This document shows positions 53,244 through 64,000 of a stretch of DNA of 64,000 nucleotides, piece by piece. Origin of the DNA: Sphaerodactylus townsendi. Its lineage: Eukaryota. The stretch covers positions 112,530,001-112,594,000 of the forward strand of contig NC_059425.1 of the NCBI RefSeq assembly GCF_021028975.2, given 5' to 3'. Made by a program: the position numbers and the translations under genes. A model generated the notes under the pieces. It saw only the letters and a program-made list of their open reading frames with translations, searched no databases and was not told the origin of the DNA. Numbering within the stretch: position 1 is the stretch's first letter; each line of letters begins with the position of its first letter.

Positions 53244-55620
53244 AATCAACTTCCTTCCCCTTTCAGGCACTTTCAAGCTTGGCCCATCAAGCTAATGACT
53301 CTACCCATTAGACTAATAATATAACTTATTAAGGTTGATGTCTGTCTCTTGTTTTTTCCAGGAAAGGCAGGATTCTCCTTTGTCCTGGGGAATTAAGGGT
53401 CACTCTGCATAACCCTGAGGATCCATTATTCCCTATAAGAAGCTCCCTCTTCCAGTAGTCAGTGTTCAATATCTCTGGACATCTCTATGTCTGTTGATAT
53501 TGTTCAACAATATTACATTGTGTTGTGAATACGTTGTGAACAATATCAACAACAACATGTTGTTGTTTTTTCTACCACAGCTAAGCAAGCACAGGCTGCT
53601 CAGCTCTGTTTATCAGACCATTCTGTTCCAAGATCAGATAACCCTTACTCCCCAAAATTCCCTTCACCTATTCCAAACCTATCCCCTCAACACTTCTTAT
53701 ATCCTCAGACTGTGTGTGTTCTACTGCTTTGATCATTGTGTGCTTGTGAACCCCCATTACCCCTAAATAAACATGTTAAAGTTTATTTGCTCTCCTGAGG
53801 AATTTTGTGCACAAGCTGGTCTTAGTATACATAGGAAACAAAGACTCCAAGCTTGCCTGGCCTTTTGCTAAGTCAAGAGTCTGCTTTTGCTAATTCCCCC
53901 ATTCTAAAAGACTCCCACCATTTTGAGTAACACTGTGACTGAAACTCAAACTGGCCTCAGTAACACCAGAATGATTCCCATGCACAAAAAATCCTTACTT
54001 ATGTAAGCACCACTGTAACAGATAGCTGTGATTCTGTCGCTTTTACATAAGAACAAAATATTTCAAACTGACTCGCCTAGATACACCCCGGAAACTGGCC
54101 CATTCTTAAGCCATTGGCACTCCCAGGCTCAAATGTTTCACTCTCAGACATCCTTTGTTTTTTTCAACAACACACTGTTCAGTTCCTAAAAAATATTTTG
54201 CTTATTTATGCCAATGTTCATCTGTTTTATCAAAATGACTGTAGCCATTTGGCAGACTTCATGATTTTTCTGTTCCCTACAATGTCCTTAGTGTCATCAT
54301 GGTTAGAATGTGGTGGATGTGGTGTGTCCATCCCTGAAGTGCAATGCTCTTGTTGCCTCACTGACAGATGTCAGACCACATGTTTCCAATTATGCTGCAT
54401 TATAATGTTTCTAGACATTAAATTTCCTTAATAATTTTAAAAATTTGTTGCAGGTCAAGTGAGGAGTCAAAACAGTTTATATGGGAAAATGTTATTCTTA
54501 ATTGGTGACATGATGAAATAGAATTGCATTTTTCTTTCCTCAAGATGACTCTGAAGAAGAAATGTTTGGTTCCTTGCTTACTTTTTAAATTATAAGGCCA
54601 AGTGTAGTTGTTAATTGTTGGATCAGGAGGAAAGGGCAGCAGAAGTCTCCAAAGAAACCTTTAAACTACGTAATTCTTTGCAGGATACAGAAAAGAGCAA
54701 GGCAGGATTACATTTTCATTTTGAATGTTTTGAATCCCATTGAGTTTTTCTCATAAGAATGTCATTTGAAGATTAAAAATTTTTTGGAATACAATATAGA
54801 ACGTACTTTTAACAACATAGATGTGCTCCCATTGGAAGTCAAAATGTTAAAAGATGTTTCAGTTTATATTGCATGACAATCGTTTGCTTGCCTAACAGCA
54901 CAGCCTTTGTTGTTGAAATAATTATTGTTATGAAGGAAGGACACCAGAGCTTCTCGGGCATGAAATAACCCATGCACATCATCACAGGCACCAGCCCACA
55001 ACATCCAGTGGTAGAATAAGAAAAAGATCATACAGGAAGGCTGCCAAGAGCATAGACACAGTTCCAGCTGCTGCCGCCGAAAACATATTCCACTTGGCAT
55101 TGGGTCTCCTGAAGATGCCAGACATATCCCATATGGAGCTAAAGGGTGGTCTCCAGTGCTGGATCACTGGAAGGAAAATTAAATAGAGGCAGGAACAGAT
55201 GAGGCAGTGCCAAATAAGGACAAAAATAAGAACTACGTGCCAATTTGTCCAATAAATTCTGAGTAGACAGTTCTGTTGCAGTTTTAGGAGAAGATTCCCT
55301 TTATGCATTTATATAAGCATCCTATAAACCTCTCCAAACCATTAACAGCTCATGATTATTTACCTACATAATTTTGATTTGATGCAATGAATCAAGAAGA
55401 TTCAAGGCAGATACAGATTTCTACTCCCCATTATCCCAGCAAAGTTTTTCCCATTCACTTGATTGAATAGGATGGAAAACCTGTTTATGGAAGAGCTGTA
55501 AGAATGTGTCAGAGTTCATGGCTTGGATTTAATGATTTTATTCTTTTTCTCCAAGTGAGAAGAGCAAGAGACCTTAGTAGAAAAGAGGCTTCATCCAGCC
55601 TAACATGCTTTAGTTAGTTG

Positions 55621-56291
55621 CAGTGGCGTACCTAGGCAAACTGGAGCCCTGGGCAAAACCTGAGATTGATGCCCCCCCATGGGGGCCACCCTCCCCCACC
55701 GTGACCAAACAATGATTTTTTTCAACCAGGTTGTTTCAAAGTCACCATCACATTATAGAACATGTCCCAACTCACAAATCTGAACACAGCAATGGGCCAT
55801 GCCACACAGCAAAAATATTTTAAAAACATTTTCAAAATGCTTTCAAAATGTTTTATTAGTTCTATGAAAACATTTTATGGTGTTGTATCCAATCCCCCCA
55901 ATTGGGGGAAACAGCATCACTTTCAATGTTATTTAAACTGGGGACCCCAGATTCTCCCTTAAAGGTGGATTTAAAAGGAGAATCTGGGCTCCCTAGTTTG
56001 AACAAGTGATGCTGGAATCCACCCCCAAACAGACTCCCTTTGGGAGTCCATAACTTTGGAATGCCTAAGCCAAATCTCACCAAACCCAGGTCATATCATC
56101 AGGGGAGTCTCCTGAAATGTCCCTGAAATTTTGGTGCTGCTAGCCTAAAACCTGCACCCCCTGCAGGCCAAAAATGGAAAAAATGCTGAAAATACAGAAA
56201 AATCCCACAAACGAACCTGCATTTTTGGTGCCCACCACAAGGGGGCATCCTGGGCAACTGCCCACTCTGCCCAATGGGAGGAACGCCTCTG
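55621..56291. mobile_element. hAT (Tip100-like) non-autonomous element
   Basis: TIRs CAGTGGCGTACC...GGAACGCCTCTG; perfect 8-bp TSD GTTAGTTG. Confidence 0.85.
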
Positions 56292-56477
56292 GTTAGTTGT
56301 TGGTTCTCAAATTTCTTTTTCAAAGCGCACCATCCAAATATGGCTCTAACTGCTATCAGTAGTAAGGGAACTTCAAGAACCAAATAAACTTTTCCATGGT
56401 TGATGAGAGGGTAGATTAGTTGCTAGTGGTTAAGTGCGGATGTTCAGAGTTTGTGCAGAGTTAGTGCAGGAACACCT

Positions 56478-57234
56478 GGCTTAATGAATTCAAATCTCCA
56501 GGCCCTGATGAACTACATCTCATGGTATTAGAAGAATTGGCAGAAGTAAGCTCAGAACCACTTGCTATAATCTTTGAGAACAGGAGAAGTCCCAGTGGAC
56601 TGGAGGAGGGCAAACTACAAAAAGGGAAAAAGGAGAACCCTAATAATTACCATCCAGTCAGCCTGTCATCAATACCAGTGAAGATTCTGGATCAGATCAT
56701 TAAACAGATGGTTGTGTTCTCTATTCTGCATTAGTTAGACCTCACCTAGAATATTGTGTACAGTTCTGGGCACCACAATTCAAGAAAGATATTGACAAGC
56801 AGGAATGGGTCCAGAGGAACGCAATAAAAATGGTAAAAGGTCTGGAATCCATGCCCTACCAAGAGAGATTTAGAGAGCTGGGTATGTTTGGTGAAGAAAA
56901 GGTTAAGAGATGACATGATAGCCATGTTTAGATATTTGAAGGGATGTCATGTTGGTGAAGGAGCAAGCTTGTTTTCTCCTGCTCCAGAAACTAGGACCAG
57001 TAGTGATGTGTTCAAGGTGAAGGAAAAGATATTCCAGCTAAACATCAGGAAAAACTTCCTGACTGTAAGGGATGTTTGACAGTGGAATGCACTACCTTGG
57101 AATGTGGTGAAGTCTCCTTCTTTGGAGGTTTTTAAAGAGAGGCTTTATGGCCATCTGTCAAGAATGCTTTGATTATGTGTTCCTGCATTGCAGCAGGTTG
57201 CACTTGATGGCCCTTGTGGTCTCTTCCAACTCTA
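56478..57234 (+). mobile_element. CR1 LINE with large internal deletion; tail resumes at 57880-57896
   Basis: [52 protein letters not shown]; tail aactcta|tgattctatggttcta split by insertion. Confidence 0.88.
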
Positions 57235-57879
57235 TCTAGATCAGGGGTAGGGAACCTGCGGCTCTCCAGATGTTCAGGAACTACAATTCCCATCAGCCTC
57301 TGTCAGCATGGCCAATTGGCCATGCTGGTAGAACTGATAAGTGAGGATCTAATCTCCCTGAGCCCATCTGAAAATGGAATCAGTAGTTCCTGAACATCTG
57401 GAGAGCCGCAGGTTCCCTACCCCTGATCTAGATAAACGCGAAATACCACTGACTCACTGACTCATCAACAGAACTCAAAAACCACCGAAGCCACACACAT
57501 GAAATTTGGCACACCTGTTCCTTACGTACTCCAGGTGCTCACTAAGAAAGGATTTCCCAAAATATTCACATCCACTTGATTTATTACCGATTTACTGTTT
57601 TCACTGCTCATCCCTGGCCATCTGCGCGAACATTCTAACGGCAAACCAATTCCTCAGTCCACAGACATACTGCATGAACATTCTAAGGGTGACTGTTAAA
57701 CACCATCAGACAAAGACAGAAAACAAACCCACCAGTCCACAGACATGCTGTGAGGAAATATGCTGCATGTCACCCCAGAGTTCACAAACAGGCTGTAAAG
57801 AAGTATGCTGAATGTCACCCTGAAATTCATAGAGAGCCTGTGATGAAGTATGTGTAGCGAAGCATGGGTACCTTGCTAG
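57235..57879 (+). mobile_element. Non-autonomous Helitron
   Basis: 5' TC, 3' gcgaagcatgggta...CTAG, inserted between A and T of the CR1 tail, no TSD. Confidence 0.72.
57242..57425. mobile_element. Palindromic hAT MITE
   Basis: Long TIRs CAGGGGTAGGGAACCTGCGGCTCTCCAGATGTTCAGGAACTAC; perfect 8-bp TSD ATCTAGAT. Confidence 0.92.
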
Positions 57880-58599
57880 TGATTCTATGGTTCTACAGTG
57901 TTGAGTGAAATGTTTGGACTCTTTCTATAGAGATGGCAGGATTTAGTTTGGACTCTTTCTATAGAAAACAGGTCTTCTAAAGCAGCAGTGACATTTAGAA
58001 CTTTTTTTCTTCCTATATATATCATGGAAATTAGGTATATTTACTACAAGGGGCTCCATCCCAGTTCACTCCACTAACCAACCTGTAGCTTGCAGCAGCT
58101 GCACTTTTTAATGATAGTTGGAATGTTGAATGGGCAGATATACCTCCTTCTAAAAGAACAAGATGAAGCAACAAGAATGAAATTCTTTCCTTTTAGTCTG
58201 CAGACAAAATTAGACTTTTAGCAAATGTCATACTTGGCCTTTTTCCACCAGTGGCAAACAGCATGGCTCACATTGTCCTCCTGTCCTTCATTTCTTCATC
58301 ACAACATGCTTGTAATGTAGGTCTGACATAGTTGAGTGGGGATTTGAACCTGGATTTCCTTTATTTCAGTCTAACATTCTAACCACTATACCATAAATAC
58401 TATACCACAAATGCCCAGATGGGAAAGGGAAGTTGTAAATGTACCTTTTCTTTTTGACAGAAAGGGGATGACTTGTCCTTCTGGCTTCTCATAAGTAAAC
58501 CTTTGGCTCCACTGTAAATACTTGGGGGATATTTGGTAGACTGTCTATACCAGGATGGTACAATTCCCTTAAGTTTTGATAATGCAACTCCTACCCTTA

Positions 58600-59275
58600 C
58601 CCTGAAGCTAATGTCCAATTTTGAGGCTCCTATTTTCTGATGAGTCATGTCTGCTGTAGCCAACTTAGTATATGTTGCAAGTAGTAGAGAGAGGGGTTTC
58701 TGCCAATAACCCAGGCCTGGATTCCCTTCATTTTTGGCACTCCTACTACCATCCTGAATTGGTGCCCAAATGCCATATGCCTAGCTTTATGGATGAGTTG
58801 TGCCTTTCATAGACCACAATGACATTCAAAAAATAAGGGGGAGTGAGGCAATTACACATGCCAGGATGTTCCAGTTCCCTTCATTTTTGCCCCTGAAAGT
58901 CCCTTGGTCATTCTGAAGTTGGTGGATAATTTTGAGGTTCCCAGTTTTATTTTCTGATGAGTTATGCCTGCTGCATGCACCCTTAGCTCCTATTTCAAAT
59001 ACAATCAGCAACTTTCTGCTGCTAATTTGGGCAGGATGTCTCAATTCCTGTCATTTTTAGCACTAGGGCTCCCATCATTCATGTTGAACTGGGTGTCCAA
59101 TTTCCATATGCCTAGCTTTATTTTGTGATTAGTTGTGCCTTCTAGGTGGAGTTTCTAGTGTTTACATGGGCCAGGATGTTTTGATTCCCTTTATGTCCTG
59201 CAACTCCCATGGGCATCCCGAAGCAGGTAGCCAATTTTGAGTTTTGAATATTCTGAAATGTCATGCATGCCACAG
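58600..59275. repeat. Degenerate tandem repeat of about 310-320 bp period, just over two copies
   Basis: aattttgag...ttctga at about 58617, 58928, 59233; ccatatgcctagctttat at about 58773 and 59104; gccaggatgtt at about 58860 and 59170. Confidence 0.7.
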
Positions 59276-60003
59276 ATGGATCATTATTATGATAGATCCT
59301 ACAGCATATACACATAAATACATTCAATGAAAGGTGCCATAGTTGTTGTTATGGGCAATCTTTCATGATGTTACACCAACCATGCAGAATACTTATTAGA
59401 AAAGTTGTGCAAATGGGTCAGTAGAGAGACTGCTTAAACTATCTTTCTCACTTCTGCTGACTGAAATATAGGGGGGGGGGATTAAGTAATGCACAGCAGT
59501 GTTTTTCAGAGCTATGTTATTTCATCTGAACTTTGGCAATCCTCAGAACGTTGACAGGAAAGAGGAAATATACATAGGATGCCTTGCTTTCTGCCATTCT
59601 CTCTCTGTCTCTCCTGCCACCCCCAAGATATATAGTGCATTTTTGTATTTTTTTAAAAAGTGCTGGTTCACACATAAAGTTGTACCAGTTTTCCCATCAT
59701 GACTTGAGATAGCTCCCAAGAAGGTGCCAGTGATTAGTACTACTGAGTACTGCCATAAAAAGTTGTGTGTTTGTGCATATGCATGTATGTATGACTGAGA
59801 GAGATAGCATGGCTACTGTCTTCTTTTATTATCCTCAGCCAGTCTGCAAAACAGGGGCACTTCACACAGGGTGAGGAAAGGCTGTGGCTGTATTCTCCCT
59901 CAGGAAAGTAGCTGTGATACTTTCCCTGGTCAAGAGCACGTCAAGTCCTCTGCTGTGACCTTCTTTGCAGGAATGGGGCGGTCTACAAATTCAAGAAATA
60001 AAA

Positions 60004-60065
60004 ATGAATGAATGAATGAATGAATGAATGAATGAATGAATGAATGAATGAATGAATGAATGAAT
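60004..60065. repeat. (GAAT)n microsatellite, probably a retroposon tail
   Basis: Direct reading. Confidence 0.95.
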
Positions 60066-60712
60066 AAATAGGCTTCAGAATGTTGCCTAACAGTTACATG
60101 ACAGGTTAAACTTATATAACTAAGTTAGGGAGGGAAATTACATTATAAAAACTCACTCCTACATTTCTTTACTTGAGGGTCCTTTTGAACTTAATGGATT
60201 TGTTTCTCAGTCAACATGTACATGATTGCACTGCACAATAGAGTGAATTATGTTTTAGCATAGTTCCAGAATCTCTATTAAATCTGATAATTCTTTTAAA
60301 GAAAAGATGGGTTCCATTGATTTGACAATGCCATTTTCATTATATACAAAAGCAAAGCTATTTGATTGTTCTTTGCTTGCTGGCCTTGGGGAAGGACTTT
60401 ATGTAAAAGTGGTAAGGATTATAGAAGGCAAAATGCCATTTTGTTTCAGCTCTCTATGGTGTGAAGATTGCAACAATACCCCATAGTACTACATTAAAAT
60501 TGTGCAGTTTGCAGTAAAACCTGGAGTTACATCATTGCATAATGGAATGAGGACAACAGGATTTAAAGTCATTATCAGTGATGGGGGTTGAGTCAGAGGA
60601 CAAAGATGCAAGCCATGGCATGAGCCAGCCCAAACTAAGCACCACACTGTCTCAAGCAGAAATCAATAGCACTTAGAAACCGCCTTAATTTGGCTGGATC
60701 ATGTCCTGAAAT

Positions 60713-60982
60713 CAGTGGCGGAGCTACAAAGGGAAAGGGGTGCGGGTTTCATTGGGTGCGTGCCTGGGGGGTGTGAAAATCACCCCTAACCTGCCCTCTT
60801 TTCCCTCACCCCGTTTTGCCCCGCCAGGCCTGGCCCTGCCCCACCAGCCTGGCCCGTTTTCTGCCAGCTGGAAAAGGTAAGTGGGGGAATGTGGGGAGCA
60901 GGGGGCTGCAGGGGGAGGGGGGACAGGGGGGCAGGAAACACAGAGTGCACCCTGGGCGAACTCCTGCCCAGCTACACTTCTG
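60713..60982. mobile_element. hAT-like MITE
   Basis: Ends CAGTGGCGGAGCT...AGCTACACTTCTG; perfect 8-bp TSD CCTGAAAT. Confidence 0.82.
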
Positions 60983-62314
60983 CCTGAAATTATTGGATTA
61001 ATAAGGCAGTCCTAAACAGTTATGCCCTCCTAAGGCCATGGACTCCTGTTGACCACAAAGCTTTGATTTTACTGTCAGGAAGAAAAGGACAGATTGGGCA
61101 ACTTGTGAAAAATGTTACTTGTATTCATGGTATAATGAAAATGTCTTTTCTCATTCTATTAGCATACTTTTATCAGCACCATTTCCATTACTGTAGTCTG
61201 GCACTTTTTATTAATGGTTTACAAGGAGTTGTAATCCTGCTAATAACATTCATAACATTTCAGAGTCCTTCAACTGAGGCAATTGTGGTTGCCCTGGGTA
61301 AATGAAGACAATAGATAGCTCAGTCTTCTGACCTACAGTCCATGAAACAAATTACTCAGCAGCATCACATTATTACTGTTTTGGGTTCCTGGTCTTGCTC
61401 TGGCACTGTGGCATATGAGAAGTGTATCGAAATGATGATTTTAAATTATTTTAAATGCATTTGTAAGTTCAACTGTTAATTATTACTTGGGATTCAGAAT
61501 ATGTGAGTGACTTTAGCAGAGGCGTATTGAGGTAAAATGGCACCCGGAGACAAATTGTCTCTGGGCACCCCCCCTCACTGTGCCTGGGGGAGGGGCTCCT
61601 CCCCCCCCCCCCCACATCCCCTGCTCCCAGCTGGCAGCCAGCACTTTAGGCAGAGGCTGCAGCATACAGTGTTGTTCATAGTGGCCTTTGTACAGTCAGA
61701 ATGAGGGACTGTGCTTGTGCAGGCCTGCCATAGAGCATTTTAGTTAGCATTTTGAAAGCTTCTAGTCATTTGAAGAGTGCTCCTCTCCCCCAGTTACAAG
61801 CCTGGGCTAGCTGCTCTTCCTGCCCAGGATCATGTGACCTGGTGGGAGGAACATACTCTCTTGCTCCAGATCTATTTTTGCCACTGTGTGGAGTGGCTGT
61901 GTTAGCTGAGCTTTCTGAGCTTTTTCTCTAAGTTGGGCCTGGTAGGTTGCTCTTGGATGACTTGGGCCAGAGTGTTTTTCTTTAGAAGTACACTCAGAGT
62001 AGATTGGTTTTTTGTTTTCATTTGTTTTCCGGTTTAGTCCTTGAAAAATATTTGTACCACATCATGCTGAAGTAAAATGGCACCTTTCAAGTCTTGCTGT
62101 AGTAACAAACTTAGATTCACACTTTTAGCCTTTTCCAGAGACCCAGAATTCTTAGTTAGTTGACCAAAGTTCCAGTTTAGATCAAATAACTGAAAACACA
62201 CATGCAGCATGAAAGTCAAGGTTATCAAAGACCTGGAATGAGTGGGACTAATTTACACAGACAGACAAATAACTCCTCCAGAGGAAGGAACTCAGTAGCT
62301 GTTTTTGTAAAATA

Positions 62315-62546
62315 CCCTGTTTCCCCTAATATAAGACATCCCCGAAAAATAAGACATAGTAGAGGTTTTGCTGAAGTGCGAAATATAAAGCATCCCCCGA
62401 AAGTAAGACATAGCAAAGTTTTTGTTTGGAAGCATGCCCGACGAACAGAACACAGAAAAATAAGACATCCCCTGAAAATAAGACATAGCGCATCTTTGGG
62501 AGCAAAAATTAATACAAGACACTGTCTTATATTTGGGGAAACACAG
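62315..62546. mobile_element. Tc1/mariner (pogo/Tigger-like) MITE
   Basis: TIRs CCCTGTTTCCCCTAATATAAGAC...GTCTTATATTTGGGGAAACACAG; TA TSD; internal AAAATAAGACAT repeats. Confidence 0.85.
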
Positions 62547-63656
62547 TAGCATTATTCAAGCAACTTGTAGATAACTAGGCAGTGCCAAGGGCTGGCAACA
62601 AACTGGTGTCCAGAATGTTAAAACTGGGTCAACAGCAAGAAAATAATGTTACTTTAACTAATCATGAAAATCAGTTTAAAACAGCATACTCTTGTTTGAT
62701 CATAACCTATGTTTTATTTGAACATGATTTATGAGTAGAAATTAGTTTTATAATCTGTATACTATTTTAGTATTGTTTTAATGATTATACATACATATAC
62801 ATATACATATACATATACACATACATATACATATATAAAATCATTAAAACAATATTAAAATAGTACACAGATATACATACATATATATATAAGGATGTAA
62901 GTATATAAAGCATTCTACTGCTTTCATAAACCTTGAAAGATAAGCTTTTGTCTATTCTGAATACTGTCTGTGTTACTGAACTGAAGGATGTAAGCTAAAG
63001 TACTGGAATAGATACATTGTAGGATCCTTGGTCAACATTTGTATTTCAAAGGGAACTGCTAGGTCTGTCAATATATTCCCCATTGTTATATCGCTTTTAG
63101 TATGGATGACCAAATCAACGAGATACTTTACTGATGGAAATGTAGCACTCAAGGTGCCAATCATTTTGTGATGTATGCTTGGTTTATTGTTTTCAATGTA
63201 TTGGAAAAACATTCCATTCCCAGGGTTTCCTTTATAAAAAGGGTATGATTTCTTTGTCACTCAGTCTTCTTCCTTTGCTACTAGAAATGCTGTCAGTTTG
63301 AATAAAAGTAATTAATTAATTAATTCGAAAGCCTCTTGTCTCCTGGAATTCATCCCACCCTCCAATCTGGGAGTCTGAGTAGCCAGCCAATGTTGCCTTT
63401 CGGGATAACATTGCCAGTTTGGTCGATTCCTCATGGCCAATTAATTGCATGAGGCTCATGCAAAATAACCAGGTTTCAGGAAGAACTCTCCACTGCTTGA
63501 GCAATGAACAGGGATTCATTCCATTTCTAGCACTCGTTCTCCCCCTTATCCCGTGTCCTGGCAGAATCTTGAAGCTGTGAAAAATTAAGCTTTTGATCTA
63601 GTTTCATGGGGAGGAATGGGGATCCAATCCATGTTTAAAATTCCCATTGTGGAGTG

Positions 63657-64000
63657 CAGGGACGTAGGTATAGATTTTTTATGGGGGGGGTTCGGGGTGG
63701 GGCCACACCCCCACCCGCCCCAGGGCATGGCCACGCCTCCCCAAGCCCCGCCCCTGGCCTAGCGCTTATAAAAGCAGCTCTCCGAGGTCGGGGATGGCAG
63801 ACTCCCCTGCCCTGCCCTGCCCTGCCCTGCCCTGCCCCTCCCCTCTGGGCTGAGGCATAGAGGGAAAATGGACCCTGGTGCAAAATCTGAGTTTTGCGGG
63901 GGCCCCCCCCAGGGCAGCCGCTGTGATGCAGGAATCCACCCCCAAACAGCATCACTTTCAATGGTGTTTAAACTAGATCCACCTTAAAGGGAGAATCTGG
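63657..64000. mobile_element. hAT-like element, same family as 7010-7915, runs off the window
   Basis: Start cagggacgtaggtatagatttt nearly identical to 7010. Confidence 0.8.

Larger units (their letters stand above)
47530..63574 (-). pseudogene. Candidate decayed MUC4-like (VWD-EGF-TM) mucin gene; exon remnants near 63574-63400, 63280-62975, 60645-60450, 58544-58445, 55166-55060, 50920-50760, 48962-48740, 47680-47530
   Basis: Colinear peptides resembling recalled MUC4 motifs (GRT..FIAQAVESSS, SATFPS..VP..TK, YPPSI, GGSS/LEL, ELx5Cx6G, NYWFYG plus TM), several behind pyrimidine-AG acceptors; stops and frameshifts; not alignment-verified. Confidence 0.5.

Noticed and set aside
53492-53551. 15-bp perfect inverted repeat
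   Set aside because: Short, AT-rich and isolated; no evidence for a miRNA or MITE.
55108-55125. cctgaagatgccag resembling a Penelope hammerhead start
   Set aside because: No downstream GAAAC or stem III.
62034-62190. Minus-strand exon-like segment (gtgttttcag|LFDLNWNFGQL...)
   Set aside because: Good acceptor but no motif I could place in the mucin model and no clear donor; left unassigned.
62315-62546. Spaced AAAATAAGACAT repeats resembling a CRISPR array
   Set aside because: Eukaryotic context; these are subterminal repeats of a TA-flanked MITE.

Overview
Eukaryotic genomic DNA, almost certainly a squamate and probably a gecko (Squam3-like SINEs, CR1/L2 LINEs, many hAT/Harbinger MITEs), with two assembly gaps. 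The left third holds an intact 5-coding-exon KIAA0408 orthologue on + (4423-18471, about 670 aa, all introns GT-AG and phase-consistent). The middle holds two near-full-length minus-strand tyrosine-recombinase retrotransposons of the Ngaro type (about 23699-29709 and 36341-43078; gag, RT, RNase H, YR and SGNH hydrolase) plus a plus-strand solo terminal-repeat unit (about 35660-36240). Both copies keep a CTAAC branch point, pyrimidine tract and CAG acceptor directly before the hydrolase, suggesting it is expressed by splicing, and both lack the canonical 3' A2-B2 repeats. The right part (about 47.5-63.6 kb, minus) contains colinear, decayed exon-like segments resembling a MUC4-type VWD/EGF/TM mucin, a candidate unannotated pseudogene. 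Also seen: a decayed type I hammerhead motif and a CR1/Helitron/hAT triple nesting. Family assignments rest on recalled motifs; no searches were run.
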